DNA of 32,089 nt from an uncultured Gemmatimonas sp. (GTDB taxonomy: Bacteria > Gemmatimonadota > Gemmatimonadetes > Gemmatimonadales > Gemmatimonadaceae): positions 1-32,089 of the forward strand of contig CAZPJF010000001.1 of NCBI GenBank assembly GCA_964586095.1. The letters are read 5' to 3'. A model generated the notes under the pieces. The model did no database searches. It was not told where the DNA came from and saw only the letters and a program-made list of their open reading frames with translations. This document shows, piece by piece, positions 1 to 8,568 of the stretch. The first letter of the stretch is position 1; the number at the start of each line of letters is the position of its first letter. The position numbers and the translations under genes are program-made.

Positions 1-232
1 ATCCGCGCCGAGGTTCCTCGGCGCGCCCTGCCCGCACGGGGCTCGACGGGAGGGTGGCCACGAACGAGGCCAGCACCCGCGCATGCAGCACCGTCGTCAG
101 CCGGCGTGCGATCCCGCGCGGCCAGCGCAGCAGCGCCAGCGGTCCGCGCGTCCCCGGCAGCGCGCGGCGCGCACCGCGCGCGGGCGCGTACCCGCGAGCA
201 CGGAGGGCCGTGGCATCCCAGCGGCGCCTCAT
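1..232 (-). CDS. Hypothetical protein, next gene of the eCIS operon (5' part only, runs off left edge)
   Basis: ATG at 232 overlaps the AAA ATPase stop (ATGA); frame open to the edge (MRRRWDATALRARGYAP...). No recognisable motif. Confidence 0.45.
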   Translation of the reverse strand, partial: MRRRWDATALRARGYAPARGARRALPGTRGPLALLRWPRGIARRLTTVLHARVLASFVATLPSSPVRAGRAEEPRRG

Positions 233-2487
233 GCGCTCGCTCCCAGGCTCACGCCCTCGGCGCCTGTCGCGGCATCGCGCACCCACGGGAAGTAGCGCCC
301 GAACTCGGTCCGCGTGCAGCTCCGGCCCATCTTCTGCAGCTCGCGGCGCGTGGCGTGGATGACGTGCTTCATGGTGACCTGGCCGCCGTTCGATGCGGCG
401 AGGAAGGCGGCGTTCACCGCGATGTTCCGGATGCTCCCGCCCGCGAGCTTGAACTGCCGCGCCATGAACTCCAGGTCCACGTCGGGCGAGACGGGCGCCT
501 CGCGCGGGAACACCTTCCGCCAGATCTGTTCGCGCTGCGGCGCTTCCGGGAACGGGAACTCCACGGCGTACCGGATGCGCCGGGTCAGGGCCGCATCGAG
601 GTTGGAACGCAAATTCGTCGCGAGGATGACGATCCCGTCGTATCGCTCCACGCGCTGGAGCAGGAAGTTCACCTCGAGATTCGCCCACCGGTCATGCGCG
701 TCGCGGATCTCGGTGCGCTTGCCGAAGATCGCGTCGCACTCATCGAAGAAGAGCACGCAGCTCGTGGACTCCGCCTGGTCGAACACCGCGCCGAGGTTCT
801 TCTCCGTCTCGCCGATGTACTTGCTCACCACGCGGGAGAGGTCCACGGCGTAGAGGTCGAGCCCGAGTGCCCCGGCCACGATCTCGGCGGACATGCTCTT
901 CCCCACGCCGGAGGGCCCGGCGAACAGCACGTTCGTGCCCGCGGCGGGGCCGAGCGCCCGCTCGAACCCCCACTCGTCGTGCACGCGCCGGCGGCCCCGG
1001 GCCCCGGCACAGATCTCCTCCAGCTGCTGGCGGCTGTCCTCGGGGAGCACCAGGTCGTCCCAGGTGCGGCGCGGCTCGATGCGGCGCGCGAGCCGCTGCA
1101 GCGATCGACGCGACGTCTCGCGACAGGCGCGGACGAGCACGTCGTCACCGATCGCACGAGTCGCCGCAGGTGCCGCGCCGGGCACCGCACCCACCCCGCT
1201 CGCGTCGAGTGCCTGCCGCATCTCGCCCGGCGTGAACCTGAACGCGCTCGCGAGCGACCCGACGACCCCGGGCCCGACGCTGATGGCGCGCGACACGAGT
1301 TCCCGTTCCCACAGCTCTTCGCGCTCGCCGAGCGCCGGTCGCGGGATCTCGAAACCCCGGAGCGGGACGGCCAGCAGGTCCATGAGGGTGTCCACGGCCG
1401 TGGTGCCGGTCATGATCACGACCGGGAGCGCCGACTCGTCGAGCGCCGTGCGGAGCAACGCGCACCAGGCGGCCGCGCGCGGCTCCCCGCCTGCCGCATC
1501 CGCGAGCGCGTCCATGTTCGCGAGCTCCACCACGGCGCCGTGCAGGATGGCGTCGCGCCGCAGCGCCACGAGCGTCTCGCGCGTCCACCCGCCGGCACCG
1601 AGCCAGGCGCGGCAGTCCACGCGGAGCACCGGCGCGCCGGCCGACGCGGCCACCGCTTCCACCACGAGCGGCATGGCCGCACCATCGGGGCCGCCGAGGT
1701 ACACCGGGGGCAGCCCCCCATCCCGCTCGAGCGTGCGCCGGAGCGAGGCGACGATCTCCCGGTGCCGGTCGTACCATCGCCCCACGGGCCACACGGGTCG
1801 CGCGGCGCGCACCGTCGCGATGCCGGCGAGACGCGGGTCAGGTCGCGCGACCCCCGCGAGGAACTCCAGCACCGACTCTGCGACGACCGGCTGGCGTGCG
1901 GGGAACGGGAGCTCCGCGGCGGTGATCGTGAGCAGTCCCTCGCGCACGAGCGGCGAGCCGGCGCCCAGCTGCAATCGCGCCCCGAGCGCCGGGTCGGGAC
2001 CGCAGCACACCTCACCGAGCAGCTGGACGGTCGGCCGCCGGCGCTGGACATCGTTCTGCAGATAGGCGAAGTAGCGCTGGAAGCGCATCGCCCAGTCCGC
2101 CGCGGCGCAGCACACCAGCAGCCGCACCTCGGTCACCGAGAGCCGGAACCGCCGCGCCAGCCGGTGCAGCCGCGGCTCGAGCCCTGCACGCAGCGTCGCC
2201 TCGAGCCGAGCATCCAACGACGCCCGCTCCATCGCGATGCGCTCCGAGAGCCCCGCCGCGTCGGCGCCGCCCCCGCCCTCAGGCGCGCCCTCGCTCGCGT
2301 AGCGACGGATCTCCCCCTCGGGGACGAAGAGCCCGGCGAACTCGTCGAACCGCTCGTCACTCGCACGGCTCGCCTGCGCCTCCAGCACACGTCGCCGGAG
2401 CTGCAGCTCCAGCCACGCCAGCTCGCCGGCGAGCTGCTCATCAGGGCCCGCGAAGGGCGCCACGGGGTCCACGGCGACGTCGGTCAT
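229..2487 (-). CDS. eCIS AAA+ ATPase (Afp15/Pvc15-like)
   Basis: C-terminal AAA module: Walker A GPSGVGKS, VVSKYIGETEKNL, Walker B LFFDECD, DAHDRWAN, LATN, RRI; degenerate first AAA domain; N-terminal FAYLQND motif; located in a sheath/tube operon. Confidence 0.92.
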   Translation of the reverse strand: MTDVAVDPVAPFAGPDEQLAGELAWLELQLRRRVLEAQASRASDERFDEFAGLFVPEGEIRRYASEGAPEGGGGADAAGLSERIAMERASLDARLEATLRAGLEPRLHRLARRFRLSVTEVRLLVCCAAADWAMRFQRYFAYLQNDVQRRRPTVQLLGEVCCGPDPALGARLQLGAGSPLVREGLLTITAAELPFPARQPVVAESVLEFLAGVARPDPRLAGIATVRAARPVWPVGRWYDRHREIVASLRRTLERDGGLPPVYLGGPDGAAMPLVVEAVAASAGAPVLRVDCRAWLGAGGWTRETLVALRRDAILHGAVVELANMDALADAAGGEPRAAAWCALLRTALDESALPVVIMTGTTAVDTLMDLLAVPLRGFEIPRPALGEREELWERELVSRAISVGPGVVGSLASAFRFTPGEMRQALDASGVGAVPGAAPAATRAIGDDVLVRACRETSRRSLQRLARRIEPRRTWDDLVLPEDSRQQLEEICAGARGRRRVHDEWGFERALGPAAGTNVLFAGPSGVGKSMSAEIVAGALGLDLYAVDLSRVVSKYIGETEKNLGAVFDQAESTSCVLFFDECDAIFGKRTEIRDAHDRWANLEVNFLLQRVERYDGIVILATNLRSNLDAALTRRIRYAVEFPFPEAPQREQIWRKVFPREAPVSPDVDLEFMARQFKLAGGSIRNIAVNAAFLAASNGGQVTMKHVIHATRRELQKMGRSCTRTEFGRYFPWVRDAATGAEGVSLGASA

Positions 2488-3029
2488 ATGCGGGCGAAGT
2501 GGTCCACCTTGGTCCGCACCCGCGACGGCGTCACCGCGATGTCCGACTGCACGGGGATCACGCGCACCTCGTACGCCACCGACAGCCGGTAGCCGGCCTG
2601 GAGCGCGCTCCAGATGCGGGTCATCTCCTCGAGCCCCAGCGGCATGAGCGCGATCGCGACCTGGTCCACCTGCTGCCGCAGCGAGGCCGGCAGCTCCGCG
2701 CCGCGCACGATCGCGTGGTCGTAGAGCGTCCGCATCGCATCCCCGAGGACGTGGTGCTCCGTGAGCAGGTCCCCGGCGTATGGGGTGAGCAGGTAGTAGA
2801 GCCGCAACTGCAGCGGCGGGTACTCGCGCTCGCCGTCCGGACGTGTGGACCAGAGCCGGTTCTTGCCATGCGGGCTCTCCAGCACCTGGTACAGGTAGAT
2901 GTTGATGCTGCCCCCCTCGGCCTCGCCCGCATCCACGTCCGCGGGCGAGCCGAGCGACGGGGTGAGCTCCGCGAGGAGCGATTCGAGCATGCTCGTCACG
3001 TCGCCGACGATGTTGACCGGGCTCAGCAT
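2484..3029 (-). CDS. DUF4255 protein (Afp16/Pvc16-like cap/terminator)
   Basis: INIYLYQV.E, PPL.L.LYYLLT, LGDAMRTL, EEMTRIWSAL...YRLSVAYEV motifs; ATG 3029 lies just after the tube stop (the ORF-track start at 3119 overlaps the tube gene). Confidence 0.88.
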   Translation of the reverse strand: MLSPVNIVGDVTSMLESLLAELTPSLGSPADVDAGEAEGGSINIYLYQVLESPHGKNRLWSTRPDGEREYPPLQLRLYYLLTPYAGDLLTEHHVLGDAMRTLYDHAIVRGAELPASLRQQVDQVAIALMPLGLEEMTRIWSALQAGYRLSVAYEVRVIPVQSDIAVTPSRVRTKVDHFARI

Positions 3030-3031
3030 GG

Positions 3032-3517
3032 CTAGGCCGCCTCCAGCCCTTCGCAGGCCAGCACGAGCGTCTCGATCGCGAGTGCGCTGCTCCCGGACTT
3101 CAGGTCCGGCCCCTGCCACTTCACGGGGAAGGCGCGCACCAGCCGCCAGCGCTTCAGCTCCTGTCCCCGCTCGTCCTGCAGCACGATGGCCAGGCGCTGC
3201 GCGACGTCGTCGTCACTGCCGGCGGGGCGCAGGTGCGGATTGTCCGCCCCGTCGAACGTGCCCGTCATCACGTCGCGATGCCAGCGGAAGAGCGCGTCGC
3301 TCGTGGGTCCGGCGACCATCCCGCGCTTGAGCGTGATGTTCGCCACCTGCCCGCGCTCGGGGAACTTGAGCATGTTCGCGTTGCGGCCTCCCTCGGCGTA
3401 GTCGAAGGTCTTGGTCTCGAGCTGCAGCCCCGTGCACTCCTGGAACCCGGCCACCTGGAGCGCGCCGAGCTCGAGCACGAAGCGGAACGCCACGAGGGGA
3501 TCGTCGACGCGTCGCAT
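3032..3517 (-). CDS. eCIS tail tube protein 2 (T4 gp19-like, Afp1/5 family)
   Basis: DP...FRF, GFQECTGL, Y.EGG.N, NITLKRG, W.L..AFPVKW.GPDL, AIETL.LA.EGL. Confidence 0.93.
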   Translation of the reverse strand: MRRVDDPLVAFRFVLELGALQVAGFQECTGLQLETKTFDYAEGGRNANMLKFPERGQVANITLKRGMVAGPTSDALFRWHRDVMTGTFDGADNPHLRPAGSDDDVAQRLAIVLQDERGQELKRWRLVRAFPVKWQGPDLKSGSSALAIETLVLACEGLEAA

Positions 3518-3518
3518 C

Positions 3519-5993
3519 TCAGGCCTCCTCCTCGATCACCTGCACCGCATCCGGCGTACGGCGCGCGGTGATCACGATGAACTCGGCCGGAGCCCGCAGT
3601 GCGAGGCCGACCTCGGCGACGACGATGCCGTCGCGCCACTGCGCCGGCGGGTTGTTGGTGCGGTCACAGCGCACGTAGTAGGCGTCCGCCGCGCGGTCCG
3701 CGGCCATGGCACCGCCGGCGAGCAGTGCCCGCAGCATGCCGTCGAGCGTGCCCGTGAGACGCGCGAACAGCGCGTCGCTGACGGGTTCGAAGACCGCCCA
3801 GAGCATCCGCTGTGCGAGCAGCTTCCGCACGCCGAGCACCGTGCGCCGCACGTTGACGTAGCGGTGGACGAGCTCCTCGCTCAGCGTGCGCGCCCCCATG
3901 AGACGGAAGTCGCCCTCCTCGAGCTTCACCACGCAGTTCACGCCCACCGGGTTCAGCTCGCCATGCCGCGCGCGGTCCACCTCGGGCTCCGTCCCGAACG
4001 CGCCGCGCAGTTCGGCATTCGCGGGGGCGGTGGTCGCCCCCCGCGCGGCGTCGGTCCGTGCGATGATTCCCGCCACGAGGCCGCTCGGCGGCATGAGCGT
4101 CCGGCCCCCGGGGATGGCGCACCACACGCGAGGATGGTACGCCGCGCCGTACCGGCGCAGCTCCGGCGTGCCGATGGCCGCCACCCAGTCCTCCGTGCGC
4201 CGACCGGGGAGGGCCGCGCTGAACTCGGTCGCACCACGCGGCCCGAGCTCGGCCGGCGCGTCCAGCAGTGCGAACCGGTCCCCTTGTTGCCGGCAGTGCC
4301 GCAGGATGTTCGTCTGCGCGGCGGGGAGCGCCGCGGCGGCGACGCGGATCACGTCCGGCACCGCGACCAGGTCGATCTCCTCCACTCGCTCGAGCGCCGC
4401 GAGCCCCACGAGGGTGCCCGCGGCGGTCCCGGGGGCCGCGAACGGTCGCCCATCGTCCTCGTAGCCGGTGTAGTAGCGCGCGTCGATCTCGCCCGGATCC
4501 GCACCGCCACGCAGGGTGACCTGCGCTGACCGCGCCCCAACGGGGATCGGCGTCGCGAACGGCGCGGGAGGCACCGCCGCACACAGTTGTCCGGATCCCG
4601 CCGCGGCGGCGCTCGCCAAGACCGTGCGGATGTACCTCGGACCCGCCGCGGGATCGCCACTGAGGTTGCGGATCGTCTCGATCGGCTCGCGGGCCTCGCC
4701 CCGGCGCACTTCGAGCGTGAATCGGCCGGTGACGGTCACTGCCTCGCCCGCCGCATGCGCGTTGGCGAGGTTCGCCGGGAAGCCCAGCCGCATCGCCGTG
4801 GCGTCCACCGCATCGGGCGTCGCGCCCTCGGTGGCGACGCCGGCGGGATCGATCACCTGCAGCGCCTCGCCGGCGCGGAAGCCGAGCACGTCCGTCACGG
4901 CGATGCGGTCGCGCGCGCCCGTCGCATCGGGTACGGGCAGCGCGAGCGACGACCCGAACGGGACCGCGACCACCCGCAGGCCGTTCCCATCCGACCCGCG
5001 CGCCGCCCGCGCGGTGAGGGTCACGAGCTCGCTCCCCCCCGGGTCGCGGAAGGTCCCGGTGGCCTGCGTGAAGCCGTCGCTCCCACCGGAGAGTTCGGTG
5101 GCGACGGTATCGGACGGACGGAAGCGCGACGCGCCGCCGGCCGGCAGGCGCTCCACCCGGATGAGCGACGAGAACCCGCGCCGCCGCCGCTCCGCGTAGT
5201 CCGACATGGCGTCCGGGGCATTCACCACGCGGAGGATGTCGCGCGGGTGCCCGTCACGCATCGAGACGGGATCGAACGCCTCGCGCCGGCCGCGGAACTC
5301 CGCCTCGAGTCGCAGTCCCGCGGCGTACACCACGCTGCCGGCCGGGAACGCCGCTCCCACCGGGGCGGCGAGGGTGACCCGACGCGTCCCGAGGTCCACC
5401 GACGCCGGCGCCGCGGCGATCCGGCGGTCCAGCGCGCCGGAGGTGCCGTCCGGACCGGCGATGCGGATGGTGATGCCCGGTCGCAGGTCGACCACCGCAT
5501 CGAGCTCGAGCTGCGCATCCGCCGGGGTCGCGCCCACCGTGAGGACGCCGACCCGGATCGGCCGGACGGTCGACGTCCCGACGCGGAAGCGCAGCCGGTT
5601 CCCCCAGTCGCCGGGATCGAGCGCCCGCACGCGCAACGAGGGCGCCCCGGTGTGGTCCGTCAGGTCGCGCGATGCCGTCGCGAGCGGCAACTCACGCGGG
5701 CATTGTCCGGCCGGCGTGACGACCATGAGGCGGCTCGTGTCCGCCGCGCGTACCACCCAGCACTTCTCGCCGCCGTTGCGGAAGAACCCGAACACGCTCT
5801 CCGCGAGCGAGCCGAACGGGACGAACTCGCCGAAGGTGTCCACGTAGTCGCTCCACCCCAGCAGCGGCTGCGGCGAGTGGAGCGGCCCGCGTTCGGCGAT
5901 GCCGACGAACCCCGTGATGGCGCTCCGCAGCGGCGGCGGGGGCGCCTCCGCCCGCTGCAACTGGAGCCCCGGCGCGGTGAGCGTGGCGGCCAC
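3519..5993 (-). CDS. eCIS tail sheath protein (824 aa, large insertion)
   Basis: N-terminal PGL...TGFVGIAERGP...FFRNGG..CWVVR; C-terminal RFALLDAP, PPSG.VAG..ARTD, PAN, LNP.GVN, GARTL, YVNVRR, WAVFEP, YYVRCD..NN, PAEFIVI. Confidence 0.92.
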   Translation of the reverse strand: MAATLTAPGLQLQRAEAPPPPLRSAITGFVGIAERGPLHSPQPLLGWSDYVDTFGEFVPFGSLAESVFGFFRNGGEKCWVVRAADTSRLMVVTPAGQCPRELPLATASRDLTDHTGAPSLRVRALDPGDWGNRLRFRVGTSTVRPIRVGVLTVGATPADAQLELDAVVDLRPGITIRIAGPDGTSGALDRRIAAAPASVDLGTRRVTLAAPVGAAFPAGSVVYAAGLRLEAEFRGRREAFDPVSMRDGHPRDILRVVNAPDAMSDYAERRRRGFSSLIRVERLPAGGASRFRPSDTVATELSGGSDGFTQATGTFRDPGGSELVTLTARAARGSDGNGLRVVAVPFGSSLALPVPDATGARDRIAVTDVLGFRAGEALQVIDPAGVATEGATPDAVDATAMRLGFPANLANAHAAGEAVTVTGRFTLEVRRGEAREPIETIRNLSGDPAAGPRYIRTVLASAAAAGSGQLCAAVPPAPFATPIPVGARSAQVTLRGGADPGEIDARYYTGYEDDGRPFAAPGTAAGTLVGLAALERVEEIDLVAVPDVIRVAAAALPAAQTNILRHCRQQGDRFALLDAPAELGPRGATEFSAALPGRRTEDWVAAIGTPELRRYGAAYHPRVWCAIPGGRTLMPPSGLVAGIIARTDAARGATTAPANAELRGAFGTEPEVDRARHGELNPVGVNCVVKLEEGDFRLMGARTLSEELVHRYVNVRRTVLGVRKLLAQRMLWAVFEPVSDALFARLTGTLDGMLRALLAGGAMAADRAADAYYVRCDRTNNPPAQWRDGIVVAEVGLALRAPAEFIVITARRTPDAVQVIEEEA

Positions 5994-5996
5994 CGG

Positions 5997-6155
5997 TCAA
6001 TCCTCCTGCATCATCGCGGTGTTGATCCGCGCGATCTCCCCGACCCACCGGCGACGCTCCGGGTGGGGGAACTCCAGGATGTCGCCCACGCCCCAATGGA
6101 AGTGGTAGGCGATGTACGCTACCTCCTGGTGGAGCTGGTCCAGGGGGTAGCTCAC
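5997..6155 (-). CDS. DUF6760-like small protein (52 aa); probable frameshift extension of the upstream chaperone
   Basis: Not in the ORF track; manual translation MSYPLDQLHQEVAYIAYHFHWGVGDILEFPHPERRRWVGEIARINTAMMQED*; GTG overlaps the upstream stop (GTGA); EVAYIAYHFHW is the typical motif. Confidence 0.85.
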   Translation of the reverse strand: MSYPLDQLHQEVAYIAYHFHWGVGDILEFPHPERRRWVGEIARINTAMMQED

Positions 6156-6523
6156 GATTCCCCCACGCCGCTCAGCTCCACCTCGAACCGCGTCTCGCAG
6201 GACGGGCAGGTCGCGGGATGGCGCGCGGTGCCGCTGGCGTTGATCTCGTTGTAGAGGGCCTGCAGGTACGCGAGGTCCGAGGCGAACAGGTTCTCCACGA
6301 CGCCGGGGTTCACGTCGCGCACCTCCCCGAGGCGCGTGATCACCCGCGAGAGCAGGATGACGATGTGGTACGCGTCGTTGCGCTGGACCCGCGGGTCCTG
6401 CAACGGGAGGATCTCGTCCTTCGCGTTCGCGAGCCGCATCACGCCGTCGCGATGCAGGGTGCCGTCCTTGTCGACGTAGCCGCGAGGCAGCCGGAACTCG
6501 AACTCCGTCTGGAGGTTCATCAT
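6152..6523 (-). CDS. eCIS tail assembly chaperone-like protein
   Basis: TEFEF.LPRGYVD.DG.LHR.G.MRLA.A.DEI...DPRV..N.AY...LLSRVI..LG, LFA.DLAYLQ.LY..IN, C-terminal CPSC; directly after the tube gene. Confidence 0.85.
   Translation of the reverse strand: MMNLQTEFEFRLPRGYVDKDGTLHRDGVMRLANAKDEILPLQDPRVQRNDAYHIVILLSRVITRLGEVRDVNPGVVENLFASDLAYLQALYNEINASGTARHPATCPSCETRFEVELSGVGES
6158..6164 (-). other. Putative -1 ribosomal frameshift slippery site G GGG GAA
   Basis: GTG GGG GAA TCG TGA at the chaperone 3' end; the -1 frame reads GGG GGA ATC GTG AGC TAC directly into the DUF6760 ORF. Confidence 0.6.
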
Positions 6524-6957
6524 CCGAGGCTCACCCCCTCATGGGCGATCTCGAGCTGCTCGATCGCCATCTCGCTCGCGCCGGCCTTCAGGTCCGGCCC
6601 GACCCACTTCGAGGGCCAGGCGTTGCGCAGGTTGTAGCGCACCTGCTCCGCCTTCAGTTCGTCCTGGATGATGATCGAGATGTCGCGGCGATCGACGTCG
6701 CCGCGCTCGACCGACTGCCGCCACGCGAGCAGGTCCTGGTCCGCCGAGGCGGCCAGCCCGCCCTTGAGCGTGATGTTGCCATACTTCTTCATCCCCGGGA
6801 GCTTCCGGTTGGTCATGTCATCGGCGCCGGTGCGGTACTCGATGACGTCCTGCTCGGAGTTCAGCCCCGTGATCTCCGAGAAGCCCGCCCGCAGCACGCC
6901 GCCGGACTCGAGCAGGAAGTTGAAGCCGGCGAGGGGATCGTCAGCACGTCGTGCCAT
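6520..6957 (-). CDS. eCIS tail tube protein 1 (T4 gp19-like)
   Basis: DPL..FNF, GFSEITGL, IEYRTG, KLPG..KYGNITLK.G, NAWPSKW.GPDL.A, AIE.LEIAHEG; GGAGG RBS upstream. Confidence 0.95.
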   Translation of the reverse strand: MARRADDPLAGFNFLLESGGVLRAGFSEITGLNSEQDVIEYRTGADDMTNRKLPGMKKYGNITLKGGLAASADQDLLAWRQSVERGDVDRRDISIIIQDELKAEQVRYNLRNAWPSKWVGPDLKAGASEMAIEQLEIAHEGVSLG

Positions 6958-6987
6958 GGTCGTTCCTCCGGTTGATGATGGACGCGC

Positions 6988-8532
6988 TCACTCGGCGACG
7001 TCCGAGCCGCCCTCCCACTGGGCGATCCTGAACACCACGAACTCCGCCGGCTTGGACGGTGCGATGCCGATGTCGGTGATCACGCGCCCGGCCAGCACCG
7101 ACTCGCGCGGGTTGTTCTCCTCGTCGCACTTCACGAAGAACGCCTCCTCCTCCGTGGTCCCGGTGAGCGCGGCGGCGAGCCACTGGATCCGCAGGAACGC
7201 CGAGACGTTGCGGACGAGCGACTTCCAGAGGGCGGTGTCATTCGGCTCGAAGACCGTCCAGTTCGTGCTGCGCCGGATCGACGACTCGATGAAGAGGAAG
7301 AGCCGCCGCACGTTCAGGTAGCGCCACTCCGGGTCGCTGCTCGTGGTGCGCGCGCCCCAGATGGCGTGTCCCACCCCGGGCAGCCGCCGGATGACGTTGA
7401 TCCCGAGCGGGTTGAGGCGGTCCTGGTCGGCGCGTCCGTACTCCGCCGCGAGCCCCACCGCCGTCGCGAGCCGGCCATCGGTGATCCCCGCCGGCGCCTT
7501 GTGCACGCCGCGGGTCGCATCGGTACGCGCGAACCGCCCGAGCACCGCCCCGCTCGGCGGGATGCGGATCGGCGCGCCGCTCCGCGGGTCCAGCACGTCG
7601 ATCCACGGGGCGTAGAGCGCGCCGTAGCGCGAGTTGAGCGCGTTCCCGCCCGCGTAGAGCCCCTGCGCGCGCTTGTAGCCGAGGACCTCGAGCGTCGTCA
7701 CCGCCATCTCATCCACGTCGGCCACATAGAAGCAGTCCATCCGGCGTTCGCAGTAGGCCATCCCCTGCACGTGCACGGCGCGGTCCACGGCATCGGGGAC
7801 GGCGACCAGGTTCACGTCGTCGATGGCGTCGAGCGCGTGCAGGCCGGTGCCGCTCGCCTCGTCACCCACGTAGTCGGCCGTCGTCAGCGACACGAGGCCG
7901 TCATCCCCCGGGGTCAGCACGACCGCCGGCGCCGTGACGGCCGGTCGCCGCGCGGCCGCGCTGAGCCCCGACGCCGCGGGCACGACATCGCGGACCCGGA
8001 TGGTCGACGAGCGCGCCTCCACGCTCACCGGCGCGTAGTCGCGGCTCAGCGGGTTCATCGAGAGGCGGTCGAGCGTCTCCACGAGCGCGCCGGCCCGGAA
8101 CACGAGGAGCGAGAAGAGGTCCGCCGTCGGATGCGCGATCTCGACCGCGATGTCATTCCCCCACGTGCCCGGGGAGGACGCCTGCACCGCGAGGACGTCG
8201 ATGGCGCCCGGGCCGGCGTTCTGGAACGTGCGGCGGGCCGCCGTCGCCGCGGACACGCCCGGCGCGGTGTAGTGCGCCGTCCGCACCACGTAGCAGCTGC
8301 TGCCGCCCTCCTCGAAGAAGGCCTTCACCGCGAACGCGAGGTATCCGTCGTCGATGGGATTCCCGAAGGTCGTGACGAACTGGCCATAGTTCGTGAGCGC
8401 GGTCGCCTCGCCGAGCGGTCCCCGCTGGGCGTGACCGACGAACGCGGCCACCGACGTGCCGCTGGCCTGGATCGGCTTGATCCCGGAGGGCGGCTCCTCG
8501 ATGTAGACCGCTGGCGAGAGATACTCGGCCAT
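6988..8532 (-). CDS. eCIS tail sheath protein (514 aa)
   Basis: MAEYLSPAVYIEE, AAFVG.AQRGP, PPSGAV.G..ARTD..RGVHKAPA, LNP.GINVIR, WGART, WRYLNVRRLF, W.VFEPND, AFFVKCDEENN, PAEFVVFRI. Confidence 0.95.
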   Translation of the reverse strand: MAEYLSPAVYIEEPPSGIKPIQASGTSVAAFVGHAQRGPLGEATALTNYGQFVTTFGNPIDDGYLAFAVKAFFEEGGSSCYVVRTAHYTAPGVSAATAARRTFQNAGPGAIDVLAVQASSPGTWGNDIAVEIAHPTADLFSLLVFRAGALVETLDRLSMNPLSRDYAPVSVEARSSTIRVRDVVPAASGLSAAARRPAVTAPAVVLTPGDDGLVSLTTADYVGDEASGTGLHALDAIDDVNLVAVPDAVDRAVHVQGMAYCERRMDCFYVADVDEMAVTTLEVLGYKRAQGLYAGGNALNSRYGALYAPWIDVLDPRSGAPIRIPPSGAVLGRFARTDATRGVHKAPAGITDGRLATAVGLAAEYGRADQDRLNPLGINVIRRLPGVGHAIWGARTTSSDPEWRYLNVRRLFLFIESSIRRSTNWTVFEPNDTALWKSLVRNVSAFLRIQWLAAALTGTTEEEAFFVKCDEENNPRESVLAGRVITDIGIAPSKPAEFVVFRIAQWEGGSDVAE

Positions 8533-8568
8533 GGGCGTTGATCCTGTCGTGAGGGGTGGGCCGCGGCG

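Noticed and set aside
106-2592. 828-aa plus-strand ORF (also 9016-11127, 13954-17517, 18118-20631, 30397-32046 and similar)
   Set aside because: Antisense shadows of motif-supported genes; Arg/Ala/Pro-rich, motif-free, and expected at this GC content.
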